Part shown: positions 1 through 12,800 of the stretch, piece by piece
How the letters are laid out: every line of letters begins with the position of its first letter
Position numbering within the stretch: the stretch's first letter is position 1
Origin: Rhizaria sp. SCN 62-66
Taxonomy: Eukaryota
Direction: 5' to 3'
DNA: 64,000 nt
NCBI GenBank assembly: GCA_001724265.1
Contig: MEDY01000054.1
Location: forward strand, 1-64,000
Notes under the pieces: model-generated
The model's input: the letters and a program-made list of their open reading frames with translations, nothing else
What the model was told of the DNA's origin: nothing
Databases searched by the model: none
Translations under genes and position numbers: made by a program

Positions 1-1
1 T

Positions 2-3000
2 AGCCGCGGCGCTCAGCGCGAGCGCGAGCGCGGGGTTGCTCTGCAGCAGCCGCTGCCGGTACGCGGCCTTGTCGCGCGCAATGGCGGCCCGGCGCGCGGC
101 GGCCTCGGCGGACGCACGGTGCGCTTGCAGGGCCTGGGCGCGCTGGCGGGCCGAGGCTGTGACGGCGGCGGTGGCGGTGGCGGCGGACAGCGGCGGCAGT
201 GTGGATAGCGCGGGCACCGACAGAGGCTGCAGCGCGGCGGCGGCAGCGGCGGAGGTGGGCGGGGGCGCGGCGCCGGATTGCAGCGGGAGAGCAAGCATGA
301 TACGGCGCTCGCGGGCAGAGGTAGGTGATGCAATGGCGACGACTGCGGTGGCTGAGTCAGCGCCACCACTGGCGACGAGCGCGTGAGACTTGCCCTTGCC
401 GTTGCTGCGGCTCGACACCAGCGCCGTTGACGACACCGTCGCCGCTGCTGGCGCAGTCGCCGTTGTCGCCGGAATCGCGGGCAGAGTGATGTAGAAACTC
501 GTTGAGGGGGACTGCGCCGGTGCGCGCGCGCTGAGGCTGCCGCCGCTCTTGCCAGCATAAGCACCACCGCTAGTGTTCCCGCTGCTGCTGCTGCTGCTGC
601 TGCTGCTCGTGCGAGCACTGTAGCTGCCAGAGCTGCCGCTGCTGTAGGGTTTACTGCCTGGTCGCGCGCCGTCATTACTGGCGTCATTGCTGTTGCTCGC
701 GTAGACCGCGGTGTACGGGTGAGACGTCACGATGACAGTCGCGCTGCCGACGCCCATTGCGCGGACAAGACTGCCCGCGTCCACCGCACCAGGGCCAGCA
801 CTGCTATTGGCGTTAGTGACAGAATCACTGTTTGAAATGACTACGCCGGCGGCAGTCGCAGGAGCATTGTGGGCACTCTTGCGACCAGAAGTGCTTGTTG
901 CAGACGTTTTGCCGTTCTTAGCCGCGGCTGCAGTTGTGGTTGCAGAAGACTCAGTCGCAGGTTTCGCAGGAGTGTCGTTCTTAGTCTTCACATCAAAGCT
1001 CTTGTTGCTGGCAGCTGCCTGCTGCTGCTGAGAGGTTGCTGCACTGGCGGCTGTCGTCGCAGCGATTGCTGCAGGAATCGGGTGTGACTGCATGCGTGAT
1101 TGCGAGAGCGAGTGCAAGCCTTGCTTCCCACCGGCAGTAGCTCCGTTAGACCCTGCACCGCAAACAGTGGCTGCAAACGACAAGGACGACGACGCCCTTC
1201 TCGCGTCACTCTTCGGTCTGGCAGTGAGGCCGCCGCATCGCAGACAGCACACACTGCTGCTGCCCGCGTTGCCGCAGCGCAACAGCAGGAGCGGAAGCTT
1301 GGACTTGCCGTCGCTTGGATGTAAGTACCGGCTAACCCAGTCGAGACTGTCGTAGAGCGCAGTCGTCTCGTACGCGACCAAGTGAAGCAAGTCTTGCTTG
1401 CTGCGAGCGCACTGCGGCGGCGGCGACAGCAGAGCGACGGCACACGCAGCCGCCGCGTTCGTTGCCATTGCGATGGCGGCAGCAGTGGAAGCGGCGCTCT
1501 GGTTTGCGGCGCTGAGTCGCGCGCTTTGCATCCGTGGAGTCACACACATCGCAGGAGTTGCGCTGCGAGCGGCGCTATTAGTGACGCCTCCGTTGCTGGT
1601 AACGTGCGTGATTGCGAGTGCTTGTGATGCAGCGGCGTTGTCAGCCGCGCCGGCGCCACTCGCAGCATCAGCGGCGGCGCTCCCGCCACCGTACGCACCG
1701 TGCGCGCCTCCGTGATGGGCGTTGTGTTCACTGATGCTATCAACGTACCCGGCTTCGACAAGGCGCTCGATCGCGGCCTCAGCGCTGCTGCCAGTCATAG
1801 CTCCGCCCAGAGCAGTGCCGGGCTGCTGCGCATGCGACTGGGTCGGCGACTGCTGCGGCTGCTGCGCGATGACTCCACTCACGCCCGCCGCAGCGCCCGC
1901 GACGACGCGCAGGGTCTTGTGAATGAGACTAACGTCATCGGCTGCAACAGCGAGCGCAACAACAGAGCCCTTCTGGCATTTGCCGCTTGCCGCTGCCGGT
2001 GCGGGCGCAATGAATACAAGAGGCGGCTTAACTTCGGCGATTGTGAGTGCGCCAGTGGGGTCACTCGCGACAACAGTCGTCTTCAGATGCTCCTGCTGCT
2101 GCTCCTGTTGCTGCCGCATTTGCTGTTGTTGTGCGCTGCTTTCTGCCACAGACATCGCTGTGACACCGCCAGCGGAAGAGTCACTGATGTTGCTGCGGCT
2201 ATGCATACCGCCGTTTGCGTCGCGGTTAACAGACATCGCAGTCAGCGTCACCGTATAGCCTGAGGCGGGCGCAAACGGCGACGGCGTAAGATTTCGCGAG
2301 GCGTTAGCGGGCGACGACAGCGGGGAGACAGTCGGCATCAGCGGCAGCAGTAGCGGCGACGGCGGGGCTAAGCCGCGCGGACGGCCCATCGGCGTGGCGC
2401 TGCTGTTTGTGAGAGAGCGGCTGATAGAGCTGCTGGCTGAAGCCACGGCAGAAGCGGCGGCGCGGTACAACAGGCGCGGCGGCAGCAGAGGAACCAGGCG
2501 GGCGATAGTCGCTGTGAGACTCAGCTCACACAGCGCAGCTCCAGGTTCCGCTGTTGCAGTTGCAGTTGCAGTCGCAGTCGACGACGAGTGAGCGCTGATA
2601 TTTGCCGTGGTTGCAATAGCGGGAAACGGGGAGTACGCCGGAGAAATCGACGGCGCAATGACCATCGCGGCCGCTGCAGCCGCTGCAGTCGCGACAGCGC
2701 TGATCGCAGCCGCAGCAGTTGCCGTCGCGGTCGCAGTCACCTCGGCGGCAGAGTTAGCGCCGCCAGAGCCCGTCGCAGCGGTCGCGACAGCGGCGGAGGC
2801 GGCAGCCGCAACCGCTGCGGCGGCGGACGGTACAGGCGGCAGAGCCGCAAGCAAGAGTGTCTCAAAGTCAGGCCGCCCCCACAGCTCGTTCGCTGTGTCA
2901 TCCACAGTGACTGTGTTAGCGGGCGAATCAGTGACCGTGGGCCGCGGAGTGACTGTGGGCAGAAGGGCGAGGATGTGAGAGAGTGCGTGGCGCAGGCCGT

Positions 3001-6000
3001 GCGCTGTGAGGGCCGTCACGTCAACCGCGCTGAGCTCGGCAGCGGCAAACTTTGCAGCTGATTTACTCTCAGTCGCGTCGCCGCTGTTATCATCTTCAAT
3101 ATCGCCGCCACAGTCGTCGTCGTCTTCATCATCACCGTCACCGTAGTCGCTGTCATCGTCGTCGTCGCTGTCCGCGCCGCCGCTGCCATCACTGATCTTC
3201 CGACCACACGCACAGCGGCTGCAGCTGCTCGCCGTGCGGCTGCCACTGATAACATCCGCAACACCAGAGCTTGCGTTGCCGTCAGCGGACATGCGGCCCT
3301 GAGCTCTCTCCGAGAGACTGCAATCACCGTCACCGCTCTTTCTCCCAGAAACGCGCCACTTGCCGGCTTCAAGCGCGACCAACACGGGCGTCGTCAGCGC
3401 GCCGGGCTGCAGCAAGCCCATCCTATGCGCCGCGCCGCCTGCGCCCAAGCCAGCGGCGCTGGCGGCCTTGGCGGCGGGTACGAGCGCCGGGAAGAACGCG
3501 GCGGCGGTGCGCGGCCACTGCGAACCTGCGTTTTCCCACGACGCGCTCACAGTCTCCGGAGTTGTGCTGACGCGGCGCGCGCGCTTGGCGAACACAAGCT
3601 CTCTGCCGCCGGCGTCGCGGCTGCCTACAGCACTCCCGGCAGTGGGACTGGTGGAGTCGTCGCTATCAGCGGCGGCGGCGGACTGCGGGAGAGACGTGGT
3701 GAGCGCAATGTTGTCCCACACAGCGTTGGTAAAGCAGCGTTCTTCGCGGCGCTTCTCAGCCGCTACAGCTTCAGCGGCGGCAGCAGCGGCAGCCTCAGCA
3801 GCGGCGCGAGAGCGTGCAAGCGCGATGGCATCATCAGGGTGTGCCACAGCTAAGGCCGCGGCGTTAGGACTAATACCGCTTGTCGGGGAAGCATCGACGG
3901 CAGCAGCAGAGGCGCTGGCACTCGAGTTAACAGGCGCACTAGCGCTAGAGTTGAGCTGCTGCTGCTCAGGCCACACGAGCCCGCGCAGACACTGCATCGC
4001 CGCCACTGCAATCACCTGCCTGGGCTTCGTCGCAGCGAAGATGTCAACGCCGCCGCAGCCGCCGATGCCAGCGTTGCAGACGAATTGACTTGCGGCAAGG
4101 TTCGCACCAGCTGCGGCAGCAGTGGCATGGCCACGGCAGTGGCTACAGCGGCTGTGGCGGCCATTACTAGCGTTATTGTCGTTTTCCGCAGCGACAACAG
4201 CGGGGTTAGCGGCCGTGCCGGCGCGACCGGCCGCGTTTGCGCCCTTTCTACCGTTAGGACCCGCGGCGGCTTGATTTAGCGACGACGGCGCCCGAGAGCG
4301 CCCGCGCCGCGCGGCCAGCGCCGCTGCCGCCTCAGCCGCAGCGTTCGCCGCGCGCTCAGCCGCGGCCGCCGCCTCCGCAGCAACCGCGGCCCGCTCGCGC
4401 CTCTGCGCGCGCCGTGCTCTGCGTTGCGCTCTGGCGAGCCGACACGCCTCAGCGCGCGCGGCGCCGGCCTGTGCGGCGGCGGTGGCGACAACGTGCTCGA
4501 CGACGGGCAGGACGCAGGCGGAGAAACGGGCCGAGAGGACCGAAAAAAGCTCACTTGCGCGGTCGCGCCCAGCAGCGGCGGCGCGGGACTGTGGAAACAT
4601 TTGCGCATGCGACTGTGACAGTGAGCGCGACTGCGGGTGCGTGCGCGAGTAAGGGTTTGGTTGCGGCATGAACGTTCCCCACTCTGAGAGAGCGTATGTG
4701 TCAGCGGAGACCTTGCACGTAGATGCGGCAGAGCGCTGCTTGTTATTGGCACTATTCGCTGTCGAGTTGTTGCTAACAGCGGCCTGCCCAAGGAAGAAGG
4801 CGACAGCGGCTTCAGCATCTGTCGCAGCCACATTCGCTCCTGTTACAGTCTGCTTCTGATCAGAATCATGATCATGGCTCGCAGAAAGCTCTCTGTTAAG
4901 ACTAGAAAGACTGCCAGCGCTCGCGACATCGTCATCAGCGGTCGCAAGCGCGTGCCTATCAACCGTCATAGCCTCTGCCGCCTTAAGCCTGCTGTAGGCC
5001 CACGCGCGCACTTGTGGGACCGTTGCACGCACGTACAGAGGCCCCTCAGCTGCGCCGGCCTTCCGCCCAATCTGCTGCTGCTGTTGTTGCTGCTGTCCGT
5101 CGCGCTTTGTCGGCGACTGCGATGGTAGCTGCACAGCGCTGTTTTGAGCGTTCTGCTGCTGCTGGTGCTGTTGCTGATGGTGGTGGTGCGGTGGGGTGAT
5201 GCGCGACAGCAGCGGATATCCGCCGTCAATCTCACGTTTCTTGGCGGCAAGCTCTGTGGCTGCAACCGCAGCTTCCGCCGCTGCTTTGGTTTCCTCCAGT
5301 CCGATCACAGCCATCGCCGCCGCGGCCGCCGCCGCCGCGGCCGCCTCCGCCGCCGCAGCGCCGCCGCCAGCCTCAGCTGCCGCGGCCGCTGCGGCCTCCT
5401 TGAGCGCCTTCACGCGCTCGCGCTGCTGGCGGTGCGCGGCGACGGCCTGCAGGCGCAGCTGCTGTTGCTGCTGCCAGCGGTGTTGCGACTGCAGATGCTC
5501 GGCCAGCCTGCCGATGTTGGCGTGCAGAGTCAAGAGTTCGGATGTGAGCGGGGAAGTCACCGTGGGCGCGGGCGGAAACAGAGAGGGGATGAGAGATACG
5601 GCAGATTTGACTGTGTTTGCAATCGCAACGTGTGTGTCTGCCTCGGACACTGCGCTTGACTCACCAGAAGCATTATCCAGCGCAGCTTTGACGTTGGTAT
5701 TTGAGCTCACGCCGTGGTTATCTTTAGGAGTAGATGCGTCAGTTCTTGCTGCTTCAGGCGATATTGTGACTGTGAGCGCGACAGAAGCCGCATCAGAGCG
5801 AGCGCTAACAGTGCTGCTAATATCGAGATGTGCGTCGTCCGTTCCATTATTATTGTCGCCAGTGACCGTGAGGACCATCGTTGGCTGCATCACGACAATG
5901 TCTCCAACACCACCATTCGCAGGCTCAGTCGCAGTCTCAGTCGCAGTCTCCGTTGCAGTTGCAGCCACGGTCTCAGCTGTGGCCTCTGCGGCGGTCTCTG

Positions 6001-9000
6001 GCGGGAGATCAAAGTTAGGCCGCTTGCGTTGATGCGACGTCGGCAGCCGAGGCAGAGACTGCGACGGCACCAGTGAGCGCTGGACAGTCGGCTCAGTCGC
6101 CGAAGTCTCAGTCTCCGCCTCTGTCACCGCGGCTAGGGTGCTCCCTTCGCCATCGTGACGGACACTGCGATTGTTGTTTGCGTCGGTGTGAGAGGCATGT
6201 GCAGTGGGAGGAGATAGGAGGAACGGCGTCGAAAACGAGGGGGGCAACGCAGGGGCAGCCGCGGCCGTCCCAGAAAAAGAACCATGTGCTTCGGTGTTAC
6301 TCGCGTTGCTGCTTGTGGTTGCAACAGGCTCCGCAGCAGGTGTGTGCGTGCTGTTTGCGGTGTCAGCAGTGAATGAGTCAAACTGATCGTCGTTATAGTC
6401 ATCGTCTTCAGGCGCTGCATTGAGACCAGCTCCTACAGCGTCCGCGTCAGCAGAAACAGTATGATCGCTCACCGGCGCAGCCGTCACGAGAGTCGTCGTG
6501 GCATCACTGCTCGGCTCAGGAACAGCGTCCTCGCTTACAAGCTTCGCGTCCGTCGTATTTGCACCAGCTTCAGGCTCTGCATTCACATCCTCGGGCACAG
6601 TGCGAGCTTCAGTCACAGTCTCCGTGTCAGGCGCAGCTGCAGTCACTGCCGCGGCCGTGTTGCTGGCCTCAACCAAAGCCTCAGAAGAAGAAAATTGAGT
6701 CGCCAAGTTGGTTGCAATAGCAGTTTCATTTGACTCAACCGGTACTGGCGCAACATTCGCAAAAGCGCACTGTTCTATAGCAGCAGCAAAATCGTTGTTC
6801 TCAGAGGCCTCAGCCTCAGCCTTGGCATTTATAGCCTCTGCCTCCGCCTTCGCCTTTGCTTCAGCCTCCGCCTTTGCAATAGCCTCGGCGTCCGCCTTGG
6901 CTTTCGCTTCAGCTTCGGCGTCTGCGGTAGCCTTGGCTTTAGCGGCCGCCGCTGCAGCCATCGCGGCCGCTAACGGGCCCGCGGGGGGCACAATGCGCGC
7001 AGTGACGCTCACGTTGGCAGCCGCGGAGGCAGAAACGGGCTCCACAAGCAGCGATTGCGCAGCAGTGCCTGCGGCGCTTTTGTTGTTATGGGAAGAAGCG
7101 AGCGGCAATGACAGGGGCGGGACGTGAGTCTTGTTTACTGTCACTGCACTCGGAGACTGCGGTTGTCGTGAAGTGACCGGAATGGATGCATTGAGACCGG
7201 AACCGCGAACGCTGTCAGCACTCCCGTCAGTGGCTTTGTTCCCTCCTTTGCGTTTGCCTTTGCCGCTCTTCGCAGCCGTCGCGCTTTTAGAAGCGGACGC
7301 GGAGGTATTTACACCGACACCCTTAGACAGCAGCGCCTGGTCCAGTTCCCGCTCCAGTGCAGTCTCCAGGTCGACCGCGCTCTCACCGCCACCGACATCA
7401 CCCGCGCTACTCCGCCTCTGCTGACGCTGCGTGTTCTGCAGTTGCTTCGGGGGTCTGATGCCTTTGACGCCACTGCCAGTCCCCGCAGCCGCCAGCGCAG
7501 CCTGCAGCGTCACCGGCGCAGCGGCCACCGCATGCGCAGACGGCAGCGCGGTGAGCTTCGACAGCGCGGCCGCGGCCACGGCTGCAGAGCAAGTCCGACC
7601 GGCGCCTGTCGCCGCAGCAGCGGCGGCGGCGTGCGAGGAAGCGGCGCTGGCGGTAGCGAGCGCGAGCGTGGCCGCGGGCAGAGGCGCTGCGGCGACGGCG
7701 CTGGCGCGGGTCCGCGTGCTCTAAGCACCAGTACCAACTGTACCGACACTCGAGTTACTAATGCTGCTGCTTGCGGTTCCGATGGCATTCTTGTTCGTCG
7801 TCACAACGCCTTTGATGTTGTTTGTCTTTACATTTGTGTTTGTGGTGGGGGTAAGGGCTGCGGCAAGCTTAGTCACGGCCATCGCGCCCGCGTACGATGA
7901 CGGCAGCTGTGGCTCAACGTGGTGGTAAGGCAGATGCTCATCAGTCCCCGCTTCTTTCCTATGGAGTCCCGCTTCAAGCGCGAGCGACGCGCGCAGAGCT
8001 GCGTCGGTGGCACTGGCGAGTACGTGTGGGTCCAGTGGTCCCGCAGCGGCGACAGCCGCGTTGATGAGCTCCGCGCCGTGCAAAGACGGACGCCGCCGCC
8101 TCCGCTGCTGCTGCTGCTGTTGCAGGACGTTATCGTAGTTACTGTCATCGCTGTCGTCGTCACTGCCAGCATCGTCACCGCTTTTCCCGCTGCCTTGGCC
8201 CTTGCTTTTGCCTTGCTTCTGCTTCTGTGCTGCGGCGACAGCCTTGGTGGCCTCAGCCTTTTCCTTCTCAAGCTGCTTGCGCCGCTGCTCTTGCTCCCAA
8301 AGCCGTTTGGCTTTCGCGGCCGACACGGGCGGCGGCGGCGGCGGCGGCGTCGGCGGCCGCGGCGGCACCGGTTTCGGCCGTTGCGCCGGCGTGTACATCG
8401 CGGTCGGCACCGACGAATCCGCCGTGATGAGCGGGCTGCGGTGCCGCTGCAGTGTGCCAGCCACGCCGGGCACTTTGATCACCGCCGCGCGGGCCGTCGC
8501 GCGATCCTACGCGGCCTTGGCGCGCGATTCGACCACGAATGCGGGTAAATGCATGGACTCTTCTTGTCGGGCCGCCTGGGCCTGGGCGCGCGCGCTGTCG
8601 GCCGCCACAGAGGCGGCGAGCGCGGGGGAACGCAGCAGCGGGCGGCGCGCCGGTAGTAGCAACGGTGACCGCGAAGCAGCCGCAGGCGTCGTCTCTATCA
8701 TTGTCGTCTTCATCGCAGTGCGTTTACATGTGGAGCCTGATGCCGAGGATGAAGATGAGTCTGTGACAGTCTCGGCGCCGCGGCTGCCAGACGCAGCGGA
8801 CTGCGGCTGTGGAAGCGGCAGCGCCAGCGGCGGCGGTTGCGACTGCGATGTTAAGGCGGAGGGACCGTCGGTAGTCACACGCGAGTACGCATCGCGGAAA
8901 ACGGCCGACATTGAAGGCGGCGGAGACGCAGCGCGGGAAGGCGGGGACGGCGTCAGCGGCGACATGGCGCGACTGGCGCGCGCATCATCACCGTCGGAAG

Positions 9001-9169
9001 AGGACGCAGAAGGTGAGAGCGGCACCAGAGGCACGCGGCGCGCGTGCGGGCCGGCCGCGGAGGGCGGGGGCGGCTGCAGTGGCGCCGAGGGGGGCGAGAG
9101 GAGGGAGCGGGACGGGGGCGCCGAGGATGCGGCGCTGGGAGGCCCGTGCGCCGCAGGGGCGTAGGACAT
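2..9169 (-). CDS. Giant low-complexity (Ala/Ser/Thr/Pro-rich) hypothetical protein, >=3,056 codons, 3' end beyond the window; two in-frame TAG codons (8507-8509, 7721-7723)
   Basis: ATG at 9169 (MSYAPAAHGPP). Track ORFs 8507..9280 and 7721..8482 share one frame and are separated only by a TAG. The same frame continues past the second TAG, and no stop-terminated ORF is listed in it down to the window edge (spot checks also found no stop). Contains poly-Pro and a charged AKAEAEA helix (~6790-6960). No recognisable domain. Confidence 0.8.
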
Positions 9170-9876
9170 TATTACAGGCAGACGCTGCAAGGTGTGCTGC
9201 CAAGGTTCTGTTCGAAAACAAGCACTGGGGCTGAGGGGAGCATTAAGGGAAGAGAGAGAGGCGTGGGTGAGAAGAGGCAAAACAAGAGCGAGGATAACGG
9301 GGCCAGATATAAGAATTACAAATTTTAATTTACAAATTACAAACTAATAACAACAGAATACATGAGAACCACGCAGACATTTGAAGTGACGGTTTTTGCA
9401 TTTCAGTATATGACAGCAAATGAACGCGATTCCTTGCAAACCGTTTTTCGCTTGTTGCAGTTTGTCTGCGGTCGCTCCCCTAGTTGCCATGGAACACAAG
9501 CTTCAAGTCGCATTTATATCGCGTTTTTCAAGTCAAACAATTTACCATGAGGCTGAGACGTTGATAAACAAAACCCTAAACCACTTTGTATGTTACATCG
9601 CGTGATAATTTTTAGTGACCTCCATATCGCATTGTTAATGCTCCACTACACATGCTGAGGGCAACGATATAACGAGAACCATTTTGTTTGAAGATACAAC
9701 ATAAGATCACATGTGGCATTAAAATATCAAAGTCTATTATAACAATCAAGCGACAATGCCGCGCTATTATCACGTTAATTTCCCAAACTAAGTACGTTCG
9801 TCAGTGTGGGAGTGTTCCATAGTATTCGAACTCTTGCTCCAGAGCTGGTTGAGAGGTCGCGCCAACACGAAACTGC

Positions 9877-12800
9877 TTACTTTGCGGCGACCGCGAGCTC
9901 GAACCTGACCGGCAGCCCCCACACCACAAGCGCCGCGCCGTTGAGATACGGCAGCTTGCACTGCGCCCGACCCGACAGCACGACCGACAGGAGATCGTGC
10001 GAGTACACCATCGTCTTCTTGACCGCTGCAGCGCCAGCCACGGACGCTGCGGCGGGGGCTTTGAGACCGAGGCGGACGCCCACAGTCGTTACCACCGCGG
10101 GAGGCAGTTCGGTGACTGTGGCAGCACTCACGCGACTGGGCTTACGCGGGGCTGAAAGGCGCGAGGAGATCAGTGTCGGATCTGTTGGAGGCGGCGCGTT
10201 GTAACCGGAAACAGTCTCAACCATCTCTGTGATATGTAAAAAAGCAAGTGCCATACAGAAAGCAGTGGTGTGAGTAGGTGATAGAAAGTAGAAACAAGGC
10301 TTTTTCATGTTGTTTAGAGTGTGTAGATGTGTAGCTGTAACGAGGACGTACCTTGGCAAACAGCGTCCAAATCCCTGTCGGTCACTTCCCACAAATTGCC
10401 CACAACCGCGGGCGCGCCTGCCTGCACGTATGACATCACCATGCCAACTGGCGGGAAGCACGCCCCCGGCGCCACGGGCCGCAGTGCGCCTGAAGAGCAG
10501 CCCATCAGCCACACAACGGCACGCGCGCGGGCTGCGGCGACTGAGGCTGACGTGATGTACTGCTCGCCGCCGTTGTGGCCGCAGTAGACGACGAGGGAGC
10601 TCTGCGCAAGCTCCTGCAGCAACAAACTGCGGAAATATACAAAAGTTAGAGGAAATCTTAGATGTGAGAGCTTCGAATAAAAAATGTGACATGTGATGAT
10701 ACAGACTTATTTCGCACGTATTATGAGTATATTGTCGACGTACTTAGGCGTGGGTTTGGTCGCCGTAATGCCGCGCCAGCCCTTGAGGGCCTCAAAGAAC
10801 GGCTGCAGCCGCGCCTGCGTCTTGGGTAGATCGCTTCCCGGGTTCAAAATGTAGTAGGCCTGCTGTGGTGACACACTGACGCCGACCGTGTCCGCGTTCG
10901 CAGCCGCACTGGCCAGCCCGACTAGGTTGACGTTCGCCGCCGCCGCTGCCGCCGCAGTCGCCGCCGCGGCCGCCGCCGCAGGTTCCCCCGCGCGCGCCGC
11001 CGCCGCCGCCGCAGCGATCGCTGCTCCAGCCGCGCGGACACGCACGAGGCGCACTGCGCGGTCGGCACCTAGCGCCGCGAGCGTGTGCATGAGCGTGGGC
11101 ATGCGGGCGACGCGCTGAGGACCGAAGAACTCGCCGCCGCACCGCGCGACGTGCACGTGCGTGTGCGAGCGGGACGCGCCTGTCGCGCGCGCGCGCACGG
11201 GAGTCGCAGCTGCAGCAGCCTTTGCGCTGACACGGCCGCCCTTCTTGGCGGCAGCGGGCGCGGGGGTGTCAGAGTCGGCGTTCGCGGCGGCGTCGCTCGT
11301 TGAGAGAACGGGCGGCATGAAGTGTTCGACTGGCCGGAGTACGGGAAGCGACTCGAAGGGCAGAGTGGTGAGCTCGTTGCTCACCGTCAGCACCACAGGC
11401 CGCGACACACGGGCGCCGGTGCAGCCGCTCACAGTGGCACTCGCGCTTGCAGCGGAGCTGTTGGCGGCCGCAGCGGCCATGACAGCAGCGACGTCGCTCG
11501 CAGCGGTCTCGATCGCGCTCAGCAGCTGCGCAAAGGCGGCGACTGTGGGACTCACCGCGGCCCCTGCGTTAAGCGCGGCTTCGAACGCAGCAGTACTGCC
11601 GGCGGCGGTCGCCGCAGCATCAGCGCGCGTGTAGTCGAACACATTGCCCGCCAGAGCGGTAAGATCCACAGGCGGCGTCACCAGACACACTGGCCCGTCA
11701 ACAGCAGCAGAAGAAGCAGCCGCGGCTGCAGCAGCAGCAGCGGCCTTGGTGCCGGCGCGGGGCTTTTTGGCGGGCGCAGGAGCAGCAGTGTCGGCGTCCG
11801 AAACTGCCGCGGCGGAGCGGCCCTTGCGAGCTTTGACAGCAGGCGCAGCCGCGGCATCAGGCTCCGCAGCGTCGGCCTCAACAACGGCGGCGCCGCGGCG
11901 AGGGGCGGCGCGCGAACGTGGCTTCGCAGCAGCGGGCTCATCCTCAGTATCCTCAGTCGCTGACACAATCACACTTGCAGTTACTGTGCTGATGCTCAAT
12001 TGCGCAGTCGTGAGCGCAGTGATGACCGCAGTGACGGACGCCAGAGGCGTCAGCGGCGAGGGCGCAAGGCCCAGCAGCCACGCCACAGCACCTGGCAGTG
12101 AATACGCACCGACGCCGGGCGCGGGCGGCGGCGCGGGCAAGTCTCCGCCGCTCGCAGCCTCGCCACTGGCTGCCGCGGCTGCCGCTGCGGATGCGGCTGT
12201 GGCCGTGGCGAGCGCGGTTAGTTCGTCACTGCTGGGTGAAAAGGCGGGGGCGTGTGCAGCAGCGTAGAGAGGAGAGCAGAGCAGAGTCAGAAGCAGAGTC
12301 TCGACGTGCAGAATGAGCGGCGACGGCGCACTGGCGTTCTCAACAGTGAAAGCCTTGCTCTTGCCCTTGCTCGCGGCCGTTGTTGTCGTAACGGCAGCAG
12401 TCGTCGGATGCCAGGGCGCGGGAATAGCACAGCCAAGTGAAACAGCGCCACGGAGACGAGCTCGGAGATCGCTCGTATTGTCAGCGAGCACGGAAGCACA
12501 GCGCCTGAGCTTCGCAGCGGCCGCAGGTGCCGTGGGGAGACCGCGCAGCACGCCGGCCCAAGGACCGAAAAAAGCCCGCTCAGCGTGCGTCAGCAGCGAC
12601 ATAAGCGAGAACTCGATCTCGAAGCGTGTTGTCCACCACTGCGCGACCGCGTCAGGCGAATCCGCACCGGGGGCCGCCTTCTGCGAACGCTCGTTTTGCT
12701 CCAGTAGAGTTGACAAAGAGGACATGACGGAGGCTAAGCTGTGCTGCGACGCGTTACTGTCGCGCGACTCAGCAGAGCCAGCGCTGGGCAAAAGCGGCAG

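Noticed and set aside
2366-2392. AT-hook-like PMGRPRG in gene 1
   Set aside because: Single core without flanking basic residues; easily arises by chance in GC-rich sequence.
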